Positions 61,670 to 64,000 of a DNA stretch of 64,000 bases are shown here, in pieces. Made by a program: the position numbers and the translations under genes. The stretch is from Massalongia carnosa (Eukaryota), in NCBI GenBank assembly GCA_965645245.1, contig OZ287088.1:682001-746000 (forward strand), given 5' to 3'. The notes beneath the pieces are model-generated. The model made no database searches. It was not told the DNA's origin and saw nothing but the letters and a program-made list of their open reading frames with translations. The first letter of the stretch is position 1. The number at the start of each line of letters is the position of its first letter.

Positions 61670-63420
61670 CTAACCGACGAGCGTGTTCTTGTCCGTTATC
61701 ATTGTCAACGTCGTATCGTTTCTGATCTGGTCATTAATCCACGTTCCCTTAAACCTACCCCAATCCTGCAACTCCAAGGCCCCCGGGCCGCACTTCTTAT
61801 CCTTTTGCCACAGACCCCTGTAGGTCCAGCCATCGTGGAACTGCATCGTTCCGCATCCCTCCATGCACCCGTCATGCGACGTTCCCTCGTATACGTCCCC
61901 GTTGTGATACCTTCGGACGCCTTGACCATGCATTTCGTTCCGATGGAACTCGCCCTCGTGGTCGTATTTGAACGCGGTCTCGAGCAGACCGTGAGCTTCG
62001 CGGGCCGTATCCGAAAGCTCGCCGGTATATTTCCCGCCACCGGGCTGCTCGTTGATATCGATAAAGTGCCCTTCGGCGACGAAGTTACGCATTGGTCCGA
62101 TGAAACGTCCCTCTCGAGGGCGGCGTGTGTATCCATCCCCATGGGCACGACCGTCTAGAAACTCACCGATCCAGGTAATTCCCGTCGGTATTCCTTGGTC
62201 ATCGACTTGACCTTGCTCCTGATGAGTAATTCACCGTAGCTGTAGCTTTCGTATCGTCATCGAACACGACTTGGGAAGCTTCACCCCGTCTTTTAACGTT
62301 GCTAACCTCACATTCATCGTCGAACTCCCCTTCGTAGGAATCTCCATTCCAGTAAGTGATTTTCCCATGATCATGTTCCCGCCCATTAGTCTATTCGCCG
62401 ATGTAATTTTTATTATTATTATTAATTCATTAAGCGTATGCATCCTAAGGATATGACGCTGTGACTGCTATTTATGTACATAAACAACAGTCAGGAAGTG
62501 GAAACCTGGCCCCCAGGGTAAAACCACTCCCTGTTCCATGTTGAACGCAACGAGACCGTCCTTCTACCACGCGGTGCATACACCCGGATCTTCAAGCGCT
62601 AGGAATCCTATAGACTCGATGAACTAGACAGTGTATTTTCACACGTTCGACGAACGTTCTCTCTCTTTAAACGTTTTGATTCAATGGAGGAAAGACTGGC
62701 CGTGATCGAGGGCAGATCGTGGTGTCGTATAAATGAAGGTGTGTAAGTGTGGCCATTCTAAATGAATGGGCTTTTTCGATGTGGTGAAAGGCTTCCGCCT
62801 GAGGGGTGTGGCCATTCCGAATGAATGGGCTTTATATGTGTGCCTCCGAGGTGACGAATGATCAGTAGAGACGTTGATCGTTCAAATGGCCACCGAGGTG
62901 GACTTCCGCGTTGGCGATGATCAGATATTGGCCACCTCCGAGGAGGTGTTGATAGCCTGCACCACGTAGAGCTTTCTGACCCAGCAGGCCGCCGATGTAA
63001 TTTGATCCAGTGTAGTAAATCATGATATCATGACCATGAGAGCGATCCTTGGACTACTGCCCTTCGTATTTGAACATTTCTGTTCACGTCCAACTCATGG
63101 CACCGAATCCGTCACGGCGGCCTAACACCTAGTCCCCTTCATAGACGCATCCGTCAGGACTCGAGAGCCGGCCATAGCCATGAAATTCATCGTTTGCCCA
63201 CGGCCCCCTCATAGACGGTACCAGAAGCAAACGTACAAGTACCCTGGCCTTCCCTAACATCACCTCTCCATCTTCCGATATATTTGTCGCGGTTTGCATA
63301 CACAGAACTTCCCTTTCCGTGCCGAGGGCCATCTACTAGTCTCCCTGTGTATTGGTTGTCAGTGCAGCCAAGCCTTGCAGCGAGCTTTCATAGTCTGTCC
63401 AGAGCGATGGCATGAACATG
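61670..63420 (-). pseudogene. MORN-repeat protein, degraded and interrupted by the SINE-like element
   Basis: Repeated YEG.W...HG.G...Y.NGD.Y motifs on both sides of the insertion; stops and frameshifts. Confidence 0.8.
62410..62990 (-). mobile_element. SINE-like non-autonomous retroposon, copy 2, with an HDV-like ribozyme head (62990-62919)
   Basis: 13-bp TSD GCCGATGTAATTT (62397-62409, 62991-63003); (AAT)n tail; starts at GGCCTGC; carries a C>G change in P3. Confidence 0.9.
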
Positions 63421-63785
63421 TTCTTCTGCCTTAACCCACGCATTCAACGTTCTAGTAATTCGCGGGCTCCATCGTGTCAGCTGAACATATACATAATTTC
63501 TATCTATGTTTGGGCAACCCTCCCCTCGCTGCTGCCCTGCTGGCGCTCAGTTTTGCTGAGGGCCCCTCCTATAATGGCTTTGTTTTGGCAGCATTGAGGG
63601 GGAAAACTCCATCTACCTATGCGGCTGATTCAGGGAGTGGGTGGGTGGGCAAAAGACCTTTTGGTGCTGAACTCCGAATCAATGGTGATGATGAGGAGAA
63701 GAGTGCCAAAAGGTCACCTATTTATGCCCTTTCTCTCCCTTGTTTGTCCAACTATTTTGGACATCATCCTCCTTTGTCCTTCGGC

Positions 63786-63883
63786 CTTCGTTGGCTGTTC
63801 GCGGCCTGCCTCCACTCGGTCCTTCGGCTATCCACGGCCTTCAGCCTTCGTCGGCTGTTTCGCGGCCTGCCTCCACTCGGTCC
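63786..63883 (+). repeat. direct repeat, two ~37-bp units at a 60-bp period
   Basis: CTTCGT(T/C)GGCTGTT(T)CGCGGCCTGCCTCCACTCGGTCC occurs twice. Confidence 0.75.
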
Positions 63884-64000
63884 CGGCATTAGTTACCTTT
63901 CGCCTTAGCCGAATACTACCACGGCCAGAGTCTGCTCCAGTTTTTGATATGTGGCAACAGAGTATAGCCATGATAATCCACCAGACGACTTAAGAAACTC

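Overview
Eukaryotic DNA from a filamentous ascomycete fungus, inferred from GT-AG introns with CTRAC branch sites and from the fungal gene and TE families present. The left half (1-33.5 kb) is a nest of transposable elements. It holds three Ty1/Copia elements (one inserted in another), several solo LTRs, a PIF/Harbinger, a piggyBac relic, two Fot1/pogo elements and hAT-type MITEs. It also holds an apparently intact Ngaro-type tyrosine-recombinase retrotransposon (21734-26672) with split direct repeats and a UGA-CUA gag-pol junction. These insertions disrupted a head-to-head pair of a TPR-repeat gene and a caspase-like/DUF6594-like gene. The right half is an accessory, immunity-like gene island. 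It has two divergent alpha/beta-hydrolase-NACHT-WD40 NLR genes, each divergently linked to a fructosamine-3-kinase-family gene, plus a Zn-deaminase, a cyclase-family gene, a PD-(D/E)XK nuclease-like gene, a dynamin-like GTPase, a Cys-rich membrane protein and a MORN-repeat pseudogene. The most striking non-coding signal is a ~580-bp SINE-like retroposon in two copies (42660-43240 +, 62410-62990 -). Its first 72 nt fold into a complete HDV/CPEB3-like self-cleaving ribozyme, and the element starts exactly at the predicted cleavage site. All protein family calls are from motif recognition by eye; no database searches were run.
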